Assembly: GCA_050951805.1 (NCBI GenBank)
Contig: JBMNJT010000008.1
Span: forward strand, 64,001-128,000
DNA from: Bacillota bacterium
GTDB taxonomy: Bacteria; Bacillota; DTU025
Direction of reading: 5' to 3'
Length of the DNA stretch: 64,000 nt
The notes below the pieces were generated by a model. That model ran no database searches and was not told the origin of the DNA. It saw nothing but the letters and a program-made list of their open reading frames with translations. A program made the translations under genes and the position numbers. Below, one piece after another: positions 1-11,024 of the stretch (position 1 is its first letter; each line of letters begins with the position of its first letter).

Positions 1-307
1 GGTCGGACAAGGCTCGTGTATACAAGGGCTGAAGTCTACGGCGGGACATGTATGAATGAGCACGGGAATCGCTTCGTGAACGAGATCGCGGTGGTTGCGG
101 CTGTAGGAAGACTGCGCTGGACGGGTGTTCCAGGTTGATGCGTGATATTGGGGTCCACATAATGCATCGCTCTATATTGCCCATGTTTGATTGGCATACT
201 GTTATGCTGAAACGGTAGACTGTTCTGTTTGGCAATCGAAAAGTTCATAGTTCGGCAGTCAAAAAGTGCATAGGCTACCACCACGCCCGGGGTCGGATCT
301 CAGGGCC

Positions 308-1099
308 CTATTGGGCCGGGTCGTTTTTGTAAATAGTGTTTTGTTGGGGGTGGGCACCTCCAACGTCATCTGGGACATGCAATTGGGAGAGGGCGTGCCG
401 TAGACGGTAGCTCTCCCCTGTGAATGCAAGCACATGTCCGTGATGAACAAGCCTGTCAATGAGCGCGGCAGTGAGCCGGCTGTCGTTGATTACCGTGTTC
501 CATTGTCCGAACTCAAGGTTCGTAGTGATGGCTACGCTTCGGCGCTCATAGCAGCTGGCGATTACTTGGAACAAGAGCTCTGCTGCGTGACGGGGTAGAG
601 GTAAGAAGCCCAGTTCATCCACGATAAGCAGATCGCATGATTCGAGATCGCGTATTAAGCTTCCAAGAGTCCCTTTTGCGTTCTTCTCCAGCAAGCGGTT
701 TGCCAGATCAACTGTCTGAAAGAATCGGACCTCCTTTCCGCTGAGGACAGCCTTAAGCCCCAGCGCTATCACAAGATGAGTTTTGCCTGTCCCCACGCCG
801 CCCATGCAAATCAGGGACTCCTTCTCATCGATGAACCTCAGTTCGGTTAGATGTTCTATCGTGGTTTGGGGCGGCAATATGATGTTGTCCCAGGAGAACT
901 CCTTCAGCGTCTTGGTTTGCGGAAACCCTGCACGCTTCAACCTTCGCCGGTTTCGATTCTTCTCTCGGTTTCTTAGCTCTTCTGCAAATAGATCAGTCAG
1001 GAATTGCTCTCTGCTTTCAAAGGGTATTTCATTGTAGGTCTGGCTCACCGAACCGAGTTTGAGCATCTTACACTGTTTCTGAAGCAAAGAGTCTGTCAT
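308..1099 (-). CDS. istB: IS21 helper AAA+ ATPase IstB
   Basis: Walker A GGVGTGKT, Walker B LLIVDELG, TTNLEFGQW, LIDRLVHH; overlaps the istA stop. Confidence 0.95.
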   Translation of the reverse strand: MTDSLLQKQCKMLKLGSVSQTYNEIPFESREQFLTDLFAEELRNREKNRNRRRLKRAGFPQTKTLKEFSWDNIILPPQTTIEHLTELRFIDEKESLICMGGVGTGKTHLVIALGLKAVLSGKEVRFFQTVDLANRLLEKNAKGTLGSLIRDLESCDLLIVDELGFLPLPRHAAELLFQVIASCYERRSVAITTNLEFGQWNTVINDSRLTAALIDRLVHHGHVLAFTGESYRLRHALSQLHVPDDVGGAHPQQNTIYKNDPAQ

Positions 1100-2619
1100 G
1101 CCTTGACCACTCCTTCAGCCCGTGCAGGCAAGAGCTTGTCGTAGACTGCGGAATCTGGATTGTAAGCTGCTACTTCAATTGGCGTGTATCCCTCGGCAAT
1201 AGGTTCGGGAAGCCCGTTTTCGGGGTTAAGCGCATACAGCTTGAGCTCAACGTTCGCGGGGTTGGCGCGCCTATCGGCTGGCAACGCCTCAAGCGCCTCA
1301 GCTACTTCGTCTATGGAATACATCTTCAGCATGTCTCTCACGAACCGTACTCTAGCTGACCGTTCCGATGCATTCGCCTCCTTGAGGTAGGCTTGGACCG
1401 CCTTCGGAAGATAGCGGAACATAGCTGAATGCACGGCAGCTCGTGGCCTACGTGAGTAGATCTCAAAATGGGCCAGCCAGTCAATTGGTTGCTCTTTGAG
1501 CATGTAGTGCCTTGGCAGCGTTGTGAGCGCTTCGCCTTCCCGGTTCCGCACCTCGATGCGATCCCAATACACACTGAGCAAAACCTTCTGCCGTGGTCTC
1601 CCCTGTGGCACTGAATAGGTTTCCGACTCGAAGCGGAATTGAGCATAGTTGTTTAATACTGCAGCATCAAGCCGCACAGCCTCGAATGGAACGCTTGGGA
1701 GCAGCAGCAACGCTGATTGCTCTTCTCGCCACATGTCGGCTATAGTCCTGCCCTTCTTGTAATGAATGCGATCCATGTCGCGGATAGCCTTAATTGCTAG
1801 TTGTTCGCCGAGCTCCTCGAAACTGTTGAGGGGCTGAAGAGGGCATAGCCATTGCCGGCGTGAGTATCCTACCTTGTTTTCAACATTTCCTTTCTCGTTG
1901 CCTCGAGCCGGCGCACAGAAATCAACATCGAAGCGATAATGGAGCTGAAAGCGCATGAACGCCTCCGTAAGCGTGCGTTCTTCGCCCTTCCCTATGGTTG
2001 CTACCATAGTCGTCGCATTGTCCAATACTAGCCTCTGCGGCACACCCCCTGCCTGCTCAAACAGAAGGCGAAGACCCTCCAGAAGGCACTCACCGTTCTC
2101 TGATGGCATTGGAACCGCAAAGCCAGCGTTTGACCATGGAAACGAAAGAACAAGCGCCTTGGCTTCTACGATCTTTCCATCCCGAACACAGCGGATTGTT
2201 CCGAAATCCGCCCGGGCTTCTCCAGGTTCGTGCACGAGTTCAACGTAGGCCGTGGGTTCGGGTTCTTCCTTGAGCAACTCTTTCCGCCGATTTCGAACAT
2301 ACTCCCTAACTGTGCGTTCACTGCCTTCGAAGCCATGCTTCTCTCTTAGCTCACTGTAAATGGCTGCAGCATTTCGCCGATCCTTTCTCTGCAGCAACTG
2401 ATCCTCAAGCAGCCAGGTATCTACAATGTCTGCCACGGGATCCATTACAGGCCTACGCTTCTTTCTAACCGTAGGCGGCGATTCATTCCAGTCCTCCTTG
2501 TAAGCATATTTTGCCGCCGTTCTCCAACACACGTCGACTTTCCTGGCAATTTCGCTGATAGATGCACCTTCGTTTTCGAAGGCATGCTTGATATAATACT
2601 GTACAGGCATAGCGATCAC
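1096..2619 (-). CDS. istA: IS21 DDE transposase IstA
   Basis: N-terminal HTH, ARADFG, LVLDNA, EKGNVENKVGYSRR; 507 aa. Confidence 0.95.
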   Translation of the reverse strand: MIAMPVQYYIKHAFENEGASISEIARKVDVCWRTAAKYAYKEDWNESPPTVRKKRRPVMDPVADIVDTWLLEDQLLQRKDRRNAAAIYSELREKHGFEGSERTVREYVRNRRKELLKEEPEPTAYVELVHEPGEARADFGTIRCVRDGKIVEAKALVLSFPWSNAGFAVPMPSENGECLLEGLRLLFEQAGGVPQRLVLDNATTMVATIGKGEERTLTEAFMRFQLHYRFDVDFCAPARGNEKGNVENKVGYSRRQWLCPLQPLNSFEELGEQLAIKAIRDMDRIHYKKGRTIADMWREEQSALLLLPSVPFEAVRLDAAVLNNYAQFRFESETYSVPQGRPRQKVLLSVYWDRIEVRNREGEALTTLPRHYMLKEQPIDWLAHFEIYSRRPRAAVHSAMFRYLPKAVQAYLKEANASERSARVRFVRDMLKMYSIDEVAEALEALPADRRANPANVELKLYALNPENGLPEPIAEGYTPIEVAAYNPDSAVYDKLLPARAEGVVKA

Positions 2620-2809
2620 TCCACGTTACCTCCCCTATTGGTCACATCCAAATCTAGGGAGGTATTCTTGTGGCGTGGTGGTTATGCCTTCTTAATCTTC
2701 AATTTCTCCTGTGACATTTTCGCTGCCGTTCTCTGTATTTCTATTATGCCGAAAACAAGACTGTCTTGATTTGTGCGTAGATAACTAAGTTAGTGAAGGT
2801 GAAGCAGCA

Positions 2810-2980
2810 GTGAAGAAGAATTCGAGCGTCATGATATCAGCAGGCGTGTTGATATATGTGCTATTGTCTCTAACTGATAGGTTTGTGGTAAGCATCCCAG
2901 ACCACGTTTATATTCCGGTTGCAGTCATAGGCGCTATCTTTGTGCTGGCCGGTATTGCTGTAAGCCGGCGTACAAGATGA
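2810..2980 (+). CDS. Small two-TM membrane protein (56 aa, below the ORF-track cutoff)
   Basis: GTG start after GAAGGTGA; translates to MKKNSSVMISAGVLIYVLLSLTDRFVVSIPDHVYIPVAVIGAIFVLAGIAVSRRTR, two hydrophobic helices with basic ends. Confidence 0.65.
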   Translation: MKKNSSVMISAGVLIYVLLSLTDRFVVSIPDHVYIPVAVIGAIFVLAGIAVSRRTR

Positions 2981-3295
2981 GCAGCTGGCGCAAACGGGAT
3001 TGCCCGGAAACGTCTGCAGAATCTATGCGGGAGATGCGGAGGCGAAAAACACGAACAATGTGATCCCAACTGAGGGAATGTAGCATGGAGGCGTTTGTGT
3101 TGAAGTGGGAAACCCTTAGGTCGACTGGATATGTTGGGGAGCCCCGTTAACATATTCCGAGAGGCAGCTTCATTCTGTGCTTTTTCCTGCTGTTGTTCGT
3201 GCGTCCGATGCAGGAATGCGTCTGAAAGATTTCAGAGCCCAGGTGCAGCAGCCCGAGTGTTTGGCGTGGGGGTACGCGTTGACTGCATTGCCTGG

Positions 3296-3763
3296 CTATA
3301 AGTTGCATGCCAGCAGAACAGAAGTGCCTATTTCGGTAAACCCGTTTTTCATATAGAACTTATGCGAAGGGAAGCCCCTAACGGTATTGAGCAATATGCA
3401 ATCTACCGGGGAATCTGACAAGTATGACTTCAGCAGGTCTAGGAATTTGCTGCCATAGCCCATGGATTGCATCTTCGGGTGTATGCAGAAATCCTCTATT
3501 CTGGCATAGTCACCGTCTGCAGAAGGTAATATCATTCCCAGCAAGACCCCGATCACGTTGTTGTCCTCGCAGAGAGCAAGTCCGAAACAGATGTTTCCAC
3601 TCATGAAATCTCGGAAGTACTTCTCCACACTTTCCGGCTCATATTTCTCATTCCATGGCTCCTGTAGAAAAGCTTCCAGATAGACTGACACGCAATCATC
3701 AATCAGGCTTTCATCTATTCTCTTAATGCAGATTGCGTCGTTTTCCATAATCACACTTCCCAA
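3296..3763 (-). CDS. GNAT-family acetyltransferase
   Basis: F.QEPWNE N-terminal motif, acetyl-CoA motif IHPKMQSMGYGSKFL, FYMKNGF; the real start may be the ATG at 3748. Confidence 0.88.
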   Translation of the reverse strand: MGSVIMENDAICIKRIDESLIDDCVSVYLEAFLQEPWNEKYEPESVEKYFRDFMSGNICFGLALCEDNNVIGVLLGMILPSADGDYARIEDFCIHPKMQSMGYGSKFLDLLKSYLSDSPVDCILLNTVRGFPSHKFYMKNGFTEIGTSVLLACNL

Positions 3764-3793
3764 GACCGATATAGATTCTGTCTGCTTTGCGCG

Positions 3794-3830
3794 AGGATCG
3801 GCCGGCCACTTGGCGTGGCCGGCTGATCCT
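3794..3830. terminator. GC-rich hairpin between pmbA and the GNAT gene
   Basis: AGGATCGGCCGGCCAC-ttggc-GTGGCCGGCTGATCCT; no clear U-tract, so it may stabilise mRNA rather than terminate. Confidence 0.45.
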
Positions 3831-3855
3831 TGTAGATGTCGGTTTGCTCAAAGAA

Positions 3856-5151
3856 TCATTTCCCCGATATGGTCACTCCTGAGACCGCAACCCAGGGGCA
3901 GATCGAGAATCCATAGTCTACCCGCTCGCGGGATACGGCAGCCACATTCATCAACATATCCGCTACGTTGCCGGAGATCATCGATTCGCTAATAGGATAC
4001 CTTATTTCTCCGTCCTCAATCAGGTAGCTGTTTTTGGCTACGCCGGAGATGTCGCCGTTGTCACTTGGCGATCCGCCTGAGAATCTGGCCAGGAGTACGC
4101 CTTTCTTCACCGACTTGACCATCTCCTCAAGCGGGGTATGACCCGGGTCTACAACGAATGCTCCGCCGCTCGTGACTGCCCTATCAAGGCCCGTCTTTCT
4201 GGAACCGTAAAGGCTGAGAAGGAAGGTCTTGAGTACGCCATCCTGTAGGATCGTGCTGTTTTGGGCAGCGTATCCATCTGGTGTCACGAAGTAGCCGTTA
4301 CATATCTCATCTGACACGGGACGGGAGTGCATGGTCAGCAGGGGGCTCGCGATTTGCTCATCAAGCTTGTCCTTGTAGATGCTGGTTCCAGATATCATGG
4401 GCCCGTCGCCGATGGAATATGAGAGAAAGTGCAGCATGTCGCCGAGGCAGTCTGGCGTGATGATTATGTCGCCCACGAACTTGCCCTCTAGGGGCCGGGT
4501 ATTGATTTGCTCCGTGGATTGCTGCATGAGCATGTCCAGAGACCCGCAGCTCAGCAGATCCCTCTCAAGATCTTTGAGCGAAAAAGCTGTGTAGTTGAAA
4601 GAAGAGACTTTCTCCCCGTCTCTGGATGAGAACATAGCCACCAATGTGTATACGCCCTTATTGGTCACAAAATCCACGCCATTTGAGTTGAGGAAGTAAT
4701 TCCGCGTGCGAGTGAAATCGAGGTATGCCTCCCTCAGCACAAGTTTCGGGTACCTCACCTTGATCGATTCAAGCATCTCCTTCATGCGGGAGTGCATTCT
4801 GTCCACATCGGGCGAGTCGCTTCCGGATGAGAATGCGGCCGGGGGCTGGGCTTCAGCGATATCGTAAGCGTCGTCAGGGCTTGATGCGGCGGCTATGCCA
4901 AGTACGTCGGCGACTGCTCTGTCCAAAGAATCGTTATTGGACTTGTTTATGCTGGTTGAACCCTTCTTGTTATCTCGTATGGCAGTGAGGTCAACTTGGG
5001 TGTCAAACGTCGTCCTCATCAGAGCGAATTCCCCGAGCTCCACATTGAGCTCGTGTTTATCGGTGAGAGTGAGACTACATTCAGCCTTATCAGCCCCTGC
5101 CTCAAGCAGGGCATCTAGGCCGTATCGTGCGACTTGTTTGGGATCTTGCAT
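3856..5151 (-). CDS. pmbA: PmbA/TldE-family protein
   Basis: TldD/PmbA-type C-terminus (GDISG..., YLIEDGEI..P.SE.MISGN) without HExxH; ATG at 5151 after GGAGG, directly after tldD. Confidence 0.85.
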   Translation of the reverse strand: MQDPKQVARYGLDALLEAGADKAECSLTLTDKHELNVELGEFALMRTTFDTQVDLTAIRDNKKGSTSINKSNNDSLDRAVADVLGIAAASSPDDAYDIAEAQPPAAFSSGSDSPDVDRMHSRMKEMLESIKVRYPKLVLREAYLDFTRTRNYFLNSNGVDFVTNKGVYTLVAMFSSRDGEKVSSFNYTAFSLKDLERDLLSCGSLDMLMQQSTEQINTRPLEGKFVGDIIITPDCLGDMLHFLSYSIGDGPMISGTSIYKDKLDEQIASPLLTMHSRPVSDEICNGYFVTPDGYAAQNSTILQDGVLKTFLLSLYGSRKTGLDRAVTSGGAFVVDPGHTPLEEMVKSVKKGVLLARFSGGSPSDNGDISGVAKNSYLIEDGEIRYPISESMISGNVADMLMNVAAVSRERVDYGFSICPWVAVSGVTISGK

Positions 5152-5153
5152 AT

Positions 5154-6533
5154 CTACCTGCCTCCTATGGTAACTTTGCATTTGATGGCCGGTCCGCCCA
5201 TGCCTACAGGTATTGGCTGTTTCTTGCCGCACATTCCGCTGCTCAGCCATTTCATATCAGGCGATACCATAGTGACCGTCTTGAGCATGTCAAAGGCCAC
5301 CCCTGAGATAGTCGTATCTCTTATGGCCCTGCCAATCTTGCCGCTTTTGATCTCGTATCCGAGAGTCACGCCGAACATGAACTCGCTGGTGGAGTCGGCC
5401 TGGCCATTGCTTGGTCTGATCAGGTAGTAGCCGTCATCGATGGATGCGATCATATCATCAAGCCTGTCGGTGCCTGGCAGTATGGCAGTATTTCTCATGC
5501 GTATCAGGGGCTCATCTGAGAACTGGTAGGCCCGGGCATTGCCCGTCGGCAAGACTCCTAAGTGCCTGGCGCTCTCTTTGTTGTGCATGTAGCCTTTCAA
5601 GATTCCGTTCTCGATTATCACGGCGTCTTCCGCCTTCGTTCCTTCGTCATCGACGTATATGGGCACCGGGCATGTCTCGCCGCCATACGAATTGGCGAAG
5701 TCTATCAGGGTTACTAGGGGACTTGCAACTTCCTCTCCAACCTTGCCTGACGCCACTGAACCGCTCATGACAATGTCGGCTTCGGTGGTATGCCCTATGG
5801 CCTCATGGGCCAGGATGCCTGCAAGCTCGGCGTCGAGGACACATGTTTTCAGCCCCGCATCGGGGAAGACTCCCTGGCTCTTTCTGACCAGGTGTTCATA
5901 CTGGGTTTCGATGCCATCAAAAAGCTGCGAAGGCGATGTGAATACATCCTCGAATTGGCCAAAACCGCCGTACACATTGCTGAGCTCCGTCGGGACGCCA
6001 TCTTTGACGAGTGAAAGGACGACATAGATGAAGCTTCTGGGAACCATGGAATGGGAGTATGACCCGTCCGATGTGAGAAGGGTCTTCTCCATATCGAGGC
6101 AGTTGATGCCAGTAATTCTGCTGGCAAGCTCGGGATATTTGAGGGCTATATGGTCATCCAGTTCCCTTGCAAACTCCAGGAGCTCCATTTGCCCAAGCCT
6201 GGGCTTTCTGGTCGAATAGTCATTTACGGACGACGTGGTGGCTACAGGAAGCTGTCCTTTGCCCTTGCGCTCTCTTGAATCGAGAAAGAGGGCATTGTCA
6301 GTCGCTGCCTCTATTGCAAGCTTGAGTGCGTCTTCAGTTATCTCGGGGTTGGACGCGAATCCCCATGAACCGTTACTGTACACTCTTGCCGATATACCGC
6401 TGGTAGATGTACGCGAGTTGTGAGTGTTGTTGCCTCGGACGAAGGTAATTCGCACGTTTCGATTCTCTTGTGCTCGCAGTTCAGTATAGGCCGTAAAGAG
6501 CTCGGCATATTCACGTAGATCAAGACTATACAA
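5154..6533 (-). CDS. tldD: TldD-family metalloprotease
   Basis: HEAIGHTTEAD zinc motif, DDEGT, RMRNT, C-terminal MCGK.QP.PVG.GGP; TTG start at 6533 after AAAGGAGGAG. Confidence 0.92.
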   Translation of the reverse strand: MYSLDLREYAELFTAYTELRAQENRNVRITFVRGNNTHNSRTSTSGISARVYSNGSWGFASNPEITEDALKLAIEAATDNALFLDSRERKGKGQLPVATTSSVNDYSTRKPRLGQMELLEFARELDDHIALKYPELASRITGINCLDMEKTLLTSDGSYSHSMVPRSFIYVVLSLVKDGVPTELSNVYGGFGQFEDVFTSPSQLFDGIETQYEHLVRKSQGVFPDAGLKTCVLDAELAGILAHEAIGHTTEADIVMSGSVASGKVGEEVASPLVTLIDFANSYGGETCPVPIYVDDEGTKAEDAVIIENGILKGYMHNKESARHLGVLPTGNARAYQFSDEPLIRMRNTAILPGTDRLDDMIASIDDGYYLIRPSNGQADSTSEFMFGVTLGYEIKSGKIGRAIRDTTISGVAFDMLKTVTMVSPDMKWLSSGMCGKKQPIPVGMGGPAIKCKVTIGGR

Positions 6534-7017
6534 GCATACTCCTCCTTTGTGATCTAGGTTTCTGTTCCGTTGTGGATGACTGAGGCGAGATGGCTTGAAA
6601 CTCAACCCTCGACTGTCAATTCATCCAATGGCTCTGAATTTCCTCTTTAGGGAAGAAAGGCTTGCATTCCACATGGCCATTTGAGATACCGCCGGATAGA
6701 ACGGACCTGCATGTTTTTCTGTTGGGACATGTCAGAGGGTGCATGTTGTGAACAAGGAAGTGATTACTGATGTGAGACGCCGTTTCGGAGACTAAGGAGC
6801 TGGCTACCATGCCTCTATCCCATCGGGATGTCCCCATGCAAGTTCAGTGTGGACGTTCGAATCGCAGGTTTTGGGAGCGTGATCGCTTATGAAGAGGCTC
6901 GTTTTGTGCGGGCTTGGTGAAGTCATGATGGGTATGGCTTCGTGTTCAGCCTGGCTGTCGATGGTCCGGTCGTTCACACTGTCATGGGATTCGGGCAACC
7001 CCATTCCAGTAGTAGAC

Positions 7018-7263
7018 TCATAGCTTGACTGGCGGTGGGGGGACCCGCACGATGAAATCCTGTTCCAGAAACTGTTCGAGGATGCCAAGAAACGCGGGCA
7101 TCTTTCGGGATACAACTGCGCGTGCTTCGCCAATAACGTAGTCTGGAATCAATAGAGTGAAAGTTCCTGATAGCGCCATGTCCAGGAGTCGTGCTTCTGG
7201 ACCGCCCCAGATTATGCCAGAGAATATGATGTTGGTATCTATCATGAGTGTAAGTCTACTCAT
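7018..7263 (-). pseudogene. Truncated PIN-domain (VapC-like) toxin
   Basis: IDTNIIFSG first acidic motif and the conserved E helix are present; stops at 81 aa, with no C-terminal acidic motifs in any downstream frame. Confidence 0.7.
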
Positions 7264-7549
7264 CGTCGTAATGATCCCTCATATACTGAGCGGAGAGCCC
7301 CTCTCGCACTTCCTCCAGTAGCTGTTCCAGTTGCTCGGGCGTTATGCCTGAACGCCTAAACTCCTCTCCTATGGTCAGACGGGCAACCTCAACGGGGTCC
7401 AGCTTCTTGATTATGATAGCTGAACCATCTGCAACCTGGCACGAGAACCTATCGCCAGGGTGAAGAGCTAGTCTCTCCCTGATGTGGCTGGGAATGGTCA
7501 GTTGGCCCTTGGTACTCATCGTTGTGGTGCTATCCTTGCTTGGCTGCAC
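7256..7549 (-). CDS. AbrB/MazE/SpoVT-family antitoxin
   Basis: MSTKGQLTIPSHIRERLALHPGD signature; overlaps the PIN gene start. Confidence 0.88.
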   Translation of the reverse strand: MQPSKDSTTTMSTKGQLTIPSHIRERLALHPGDRFSCQVADGSAIIIKKLDPVEVARLTIGEEFRRSGITPEQLEQLLEEVREGLSAQYMRDHYDDE

Positions 7550-7656
7550 ACCTACCGCCCCTTGCATTACGTAATACGCTTTACGCAAGCATGGCATTTG
7601 GCTGACTTCGATGCAACTCCGGCAGCTTTCGGACATCTTGAAACAGAACGGGCGCC

Positions 7657-7675
7657 TGTCACTTGAATGTCACTT
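7657..7675 (+). promoter_or_regulatory. Direct repeat TGTCACTT x2 (11-bp period), probable OmpR-family binding site
   Basis: Copies at 7657 and 7668, followed by a TAGAAT -10-like box upstream of the ABC operon, which has a neighbouring OmpR-type regulator. Confidence 0.55.
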
Positions 7676-7789
7676 TGCCTTCCTAACATAGAATTGGATT
7701 CTGGCGGAATCGACGCTTCGGCCCTTAGCTTGCTGCTGGAAACGTAAAGTGTGATACATAGAGCGATTACTGAGAGGGGAGAAAATAAT

Positions 7790-8464
7790 ATGGAAATACT
7801 CCGGGCTGAGAATGTTTCAAAAGTCTATCGGGGCGAACATGAGGTACAGGCCTTAGATCAGGTCAATCTCAGCGTGGAAAAAGGCAGCCTGCTGGCGATC
7901 GTGGGTGATAGCGGCTCTGGCAAGTCCACGCTGTTACATATTTTAGGCGGCGTTGATCGACCGACAAGCGGGCGCGTTTTTGTCCAGGGAACAGACATTA
8001 CAGAGCTTCGCCAAAGCCAGATGAGCGTATTTCGCAGAAGAAATATTGGCATCATATACCAGTTCTTTAACTTGATCCCCAACATCAATGTGCGCAAGAA
8101 CATATGTCTGCCCTTGCTCTTGGACGAGCGAGTGCCGGATGAAGATTATTATCAGGAAGTCATCCAAACGCTCGGCATCGCCGATAAGCAAAGGCGCTTT
8201 CCCAATGAGCTTTCAGGGGGCGAACAGCAACGCGTGGCCATCGCAAGGAGCCTTATCAGCCGTCCTGCTGTTATTTTGGCTGACGAACCTACTGGGAATC
8301 TTGACCGCCGAAACACCAAAGAGATTGTCTCCCTCTTCAAACTCGTTAACAAGAGCTTCAAAGCCACCATCATTCTCATAACCCATGACGAGAAGGTCGC
8401 TCTCGCCTGCGAGAAAGTCTGCACCATGGTTGATGGTCGGCTCTATGAGGGGGACGTGAGATGA
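7790..8464 (+). CDS. ABC exporter ATP-binding subunit (LolD/MacB-like)
   Basis: GDSGSGKST, LSGGEQQRVAIAR, ILADEPTGNLD, ITHD. Confidence 0.93.
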   Translation: MEILRAENVSKVYRGEHEVQALDQVNLSVEKGSLLAIVGDSGSGKSTLLHILGGVDRPTSGRVFVQGTDITELRQSQMSVFRRRNIGIIYQFFNLIPNINVRKNICLPLLLDERVPDEDYYQEVIQTLGIADKQRRFPNELSGGEQQRVAIARSLISRPAVILADEPTGNLDRRNTKEIVSLFKLVNKSFKATIILITHDEKVALACEKVCTMVDGRLYEGDVR

Positions 8465-10998
8465 GCATTATCAGAGAACTGGCACGCGATTCTGTTAAGA
8501 CAGATAGGAAGGCTTCATTCGCTGTTAGCGTATCTATTTTCATCGCTGTTGTACTGGTCGGCTTTTTCCTGATCATCTTCAGCCTAATCGACTATGGTCA
8601 AGTGGAATACATGACGGAGACCACGGGAGGCTACTCAGCCATGCTCCTTGCCATAAGTCCTGAAGACATGGCAGAGCTTAAAGCAGATCACCGAGTAAGA
8701 TCCCTGGCGGTAATTGAAAGAGAAGAACTGAAAGATGCAGGTTTGAAGCGTCCCCAAAACGAGATCAATTATCTTGATGCCCATCTATACGATTACAAAT
8801 GGGTTGAGCTGGTATCTGGAAGGTACCCGGAAAATGCCCATGAGCTCTTGGTTTCAGAACTCTTCTTGATCGAAAACCCGGGTTTTGAAATTGGCTCTGA
8901 TGTTACCATTGCGGATCGTCACTTCTACATCTGCGGCACCTTTAAGGAATACTTGTATTCCTTTGAAGGCACGTATACGAGTTACGGTTGGATTGACAGC
9001 ACGAAAACACAAGTTATGGGACCTGTGGATCTTTGCATTTGGCTCGAGAATGAAAGGGCTGCCTATGAGCACATCCCCGACCTGGTACAGAGGCTGGGGC
9101 GTGACCCCGCCCAACTCAAAAAGGATGGCGGACTCATCTACAATACAGCCTATCTGGAAAGCAAGATGATTTTTCCCGGGGGGATTCTCAAACCATCCAG
9201 GGATGTGGCGGAAAAGATGTTGCTTCGCGGCATTGTTCTTCTCTGTTTCGTCGCCCTCTTTGTCATGATCGTCTATAACGCCTACTCTGTTTGGAATGAT
9301 CGTGACATGAAACAGATCGGCCTATTGAAAAGCTGCGGCATGAGTGAAAGCCAGGTCAAACGTTATGTGGTCTGCAAAGCTTTCTACCTTTCGCTGCGGC
9401 CTATTCTGTTTGGCATCATTGCCTCTTACCTCTTGACTCTTTTGCTGTATTACTTGTTTGAAATGACACGGGCGAAAGTATCACATCGGGTATACTCCCA
9501 TAGAGCTTCTTAAGACCCCTTTTGCTCCTCTAGCGCGAGCAGTTTTACCAACTCTGTGTTTGGCGCTATTCACTGTTTACCTTGCATCACTAAAGCCAGC
9601 CAAGAAAAGCAGTAAGCTTTCTGTTGTGAGCGCAATCAAGAATTTGGATCCCGAGCGAAACCTGAAACTGAAGGACATACGCTACACATCCAATATAGAG
9701 CGAAGCCTGGCCAAGGAGTACAGCAGCAATTATAGCAGGACTTATCGTGGCATGAGTATCGCTTTGGCGATGGCCTGCCTGATTTCCTCGGCGGTGCTAG
9801 TTGAACAGAGTTTCAATCACCTCGATGAACGCTATAATACCTATGAGAGTCCATATAACCTGAATGCGTTCCTGGTCACAGTGGACAATGTCAATCCTGA
9901 GATGATCGAGCGGCTCAGACAAGTCGACGGGATCAGCCGTTTGGTCCTCTATCGAGACAATAGGAGTCTCAAGTTCTACGAGAGCGATAATCCTGGTTTC
10001 CTCAGTGAGGAGAAAACCTGTGCGCGGGCAAGGCTAGAAGAGGATAAGAAAGCATTCGATGTTCCCATTAACCTGTATGGCATCGATGATGCAGAGTGGA
10101 ATCATTACTGTGACGAACATGGGCTTAAATCCAGCGGCCGGGACGCAAAAGGAAGCTACCAGGTTCTCCTGCTCGACAGGACTTGCGAAGACCCGGGGAG
10201 ACCCTATTTGCGGAGCGTTCATATTCCCTTAGCCGGTGAAGCCATAAGCGATATTCATCTGCGAAGGAAAACTGATACCGAAGCGGGATCGATCAGCCTG
10301 AAGGTCGTGGACAGGCTGACGGAGGTGCCTTTCGGTATAGGCCCCATGCCTCGGAAATCCATCAGCCTTTTCATGCCTTTAAGCTGTTTTAACTCCTTTT
10401 GCCAGGATAACGGTTTCGATCAGCCGCTGGAGGGCAAAGCATATATGATCTCAATTACGGCGAATGAAGATATGCTGGACGAGATAACCAGGATGACGAG
10501 GCAGATTGTCTATGAATACATTCCCAGAAGTGACGCAAGGGTAGAATCTAGGAATGATATAGATCGTCTGTCTCAGGAAGAAGCGGCCAATAGCAAGATC
10601 CTCTTCATTTTCATTCAGAGCTTTCTGCTCCTTGTCGGGCTCTCCAATGCATATAACAGCTTCAACTCCAACTTGCAGGCCAGGAAGCGGGATTTTGCCC
10701 TCTTGCGCAGCATTGGAATGGAAGAGAAGCAACTGAAAGGGATGCTTCTGCATGAGGGAATCTTCCTGATACGAAGAGTGCTTCTGATTTTCTTGCTCTT
10801 GCTCATGGCTTTGGTGACCTTGTATGCCTATCGAAAGAGGATGCTTTTTGCGCCTTGGGAGATCCTGGCCAATCTCAATTTCCCGTTGTTGGTTGCATTT
10901 CTCGCCATCAACGCGATTGGCATCTTTGCTGCGATCCAAGGTGGAACGAGCGTCGCGTAATGAGCCAGAACATCCTGGAATCACTGCGGGAAGAGTAA
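8461..10998 (+). pseudogene. FtsX-like ABC permease, frameshifted twice
   Basis: Two FtsX repeats (IGLLKSCGM, FALLRSIGM). A frame change near 9475 joins ORFs 8461-9513 and 9560-10960; a second near 10945 restores the tail RRVMSQNILESLREE*. Confidence 0.8.
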
Positions 10999-11024
10999 AC
11001 GCCTCTTCACAGGAAGAGGCTCTA

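Larger units (their letters stand above)
224..2757 (-). mobile_element. IS21-family insertion sequence, complete
   Basis: Contains istA and istB. Ends TGTTTTCGGCA (reverse complement, from 2757) and TCTGTTTGGCA (from 224) each carry GGCA-containing subrepeats 23 bp apart. Flanked by the direct repeat AGACTGT at 217-223 and 2758-2764. Confidence 0.9.

Noticed and set aside
3856-7549. Functional link between TldD/PmbA and the neighbouring antitoxin or a RiPP precursor
   Set aside because: Only adjacency supports it; no precursor peptide or modifying enzymes were seen.
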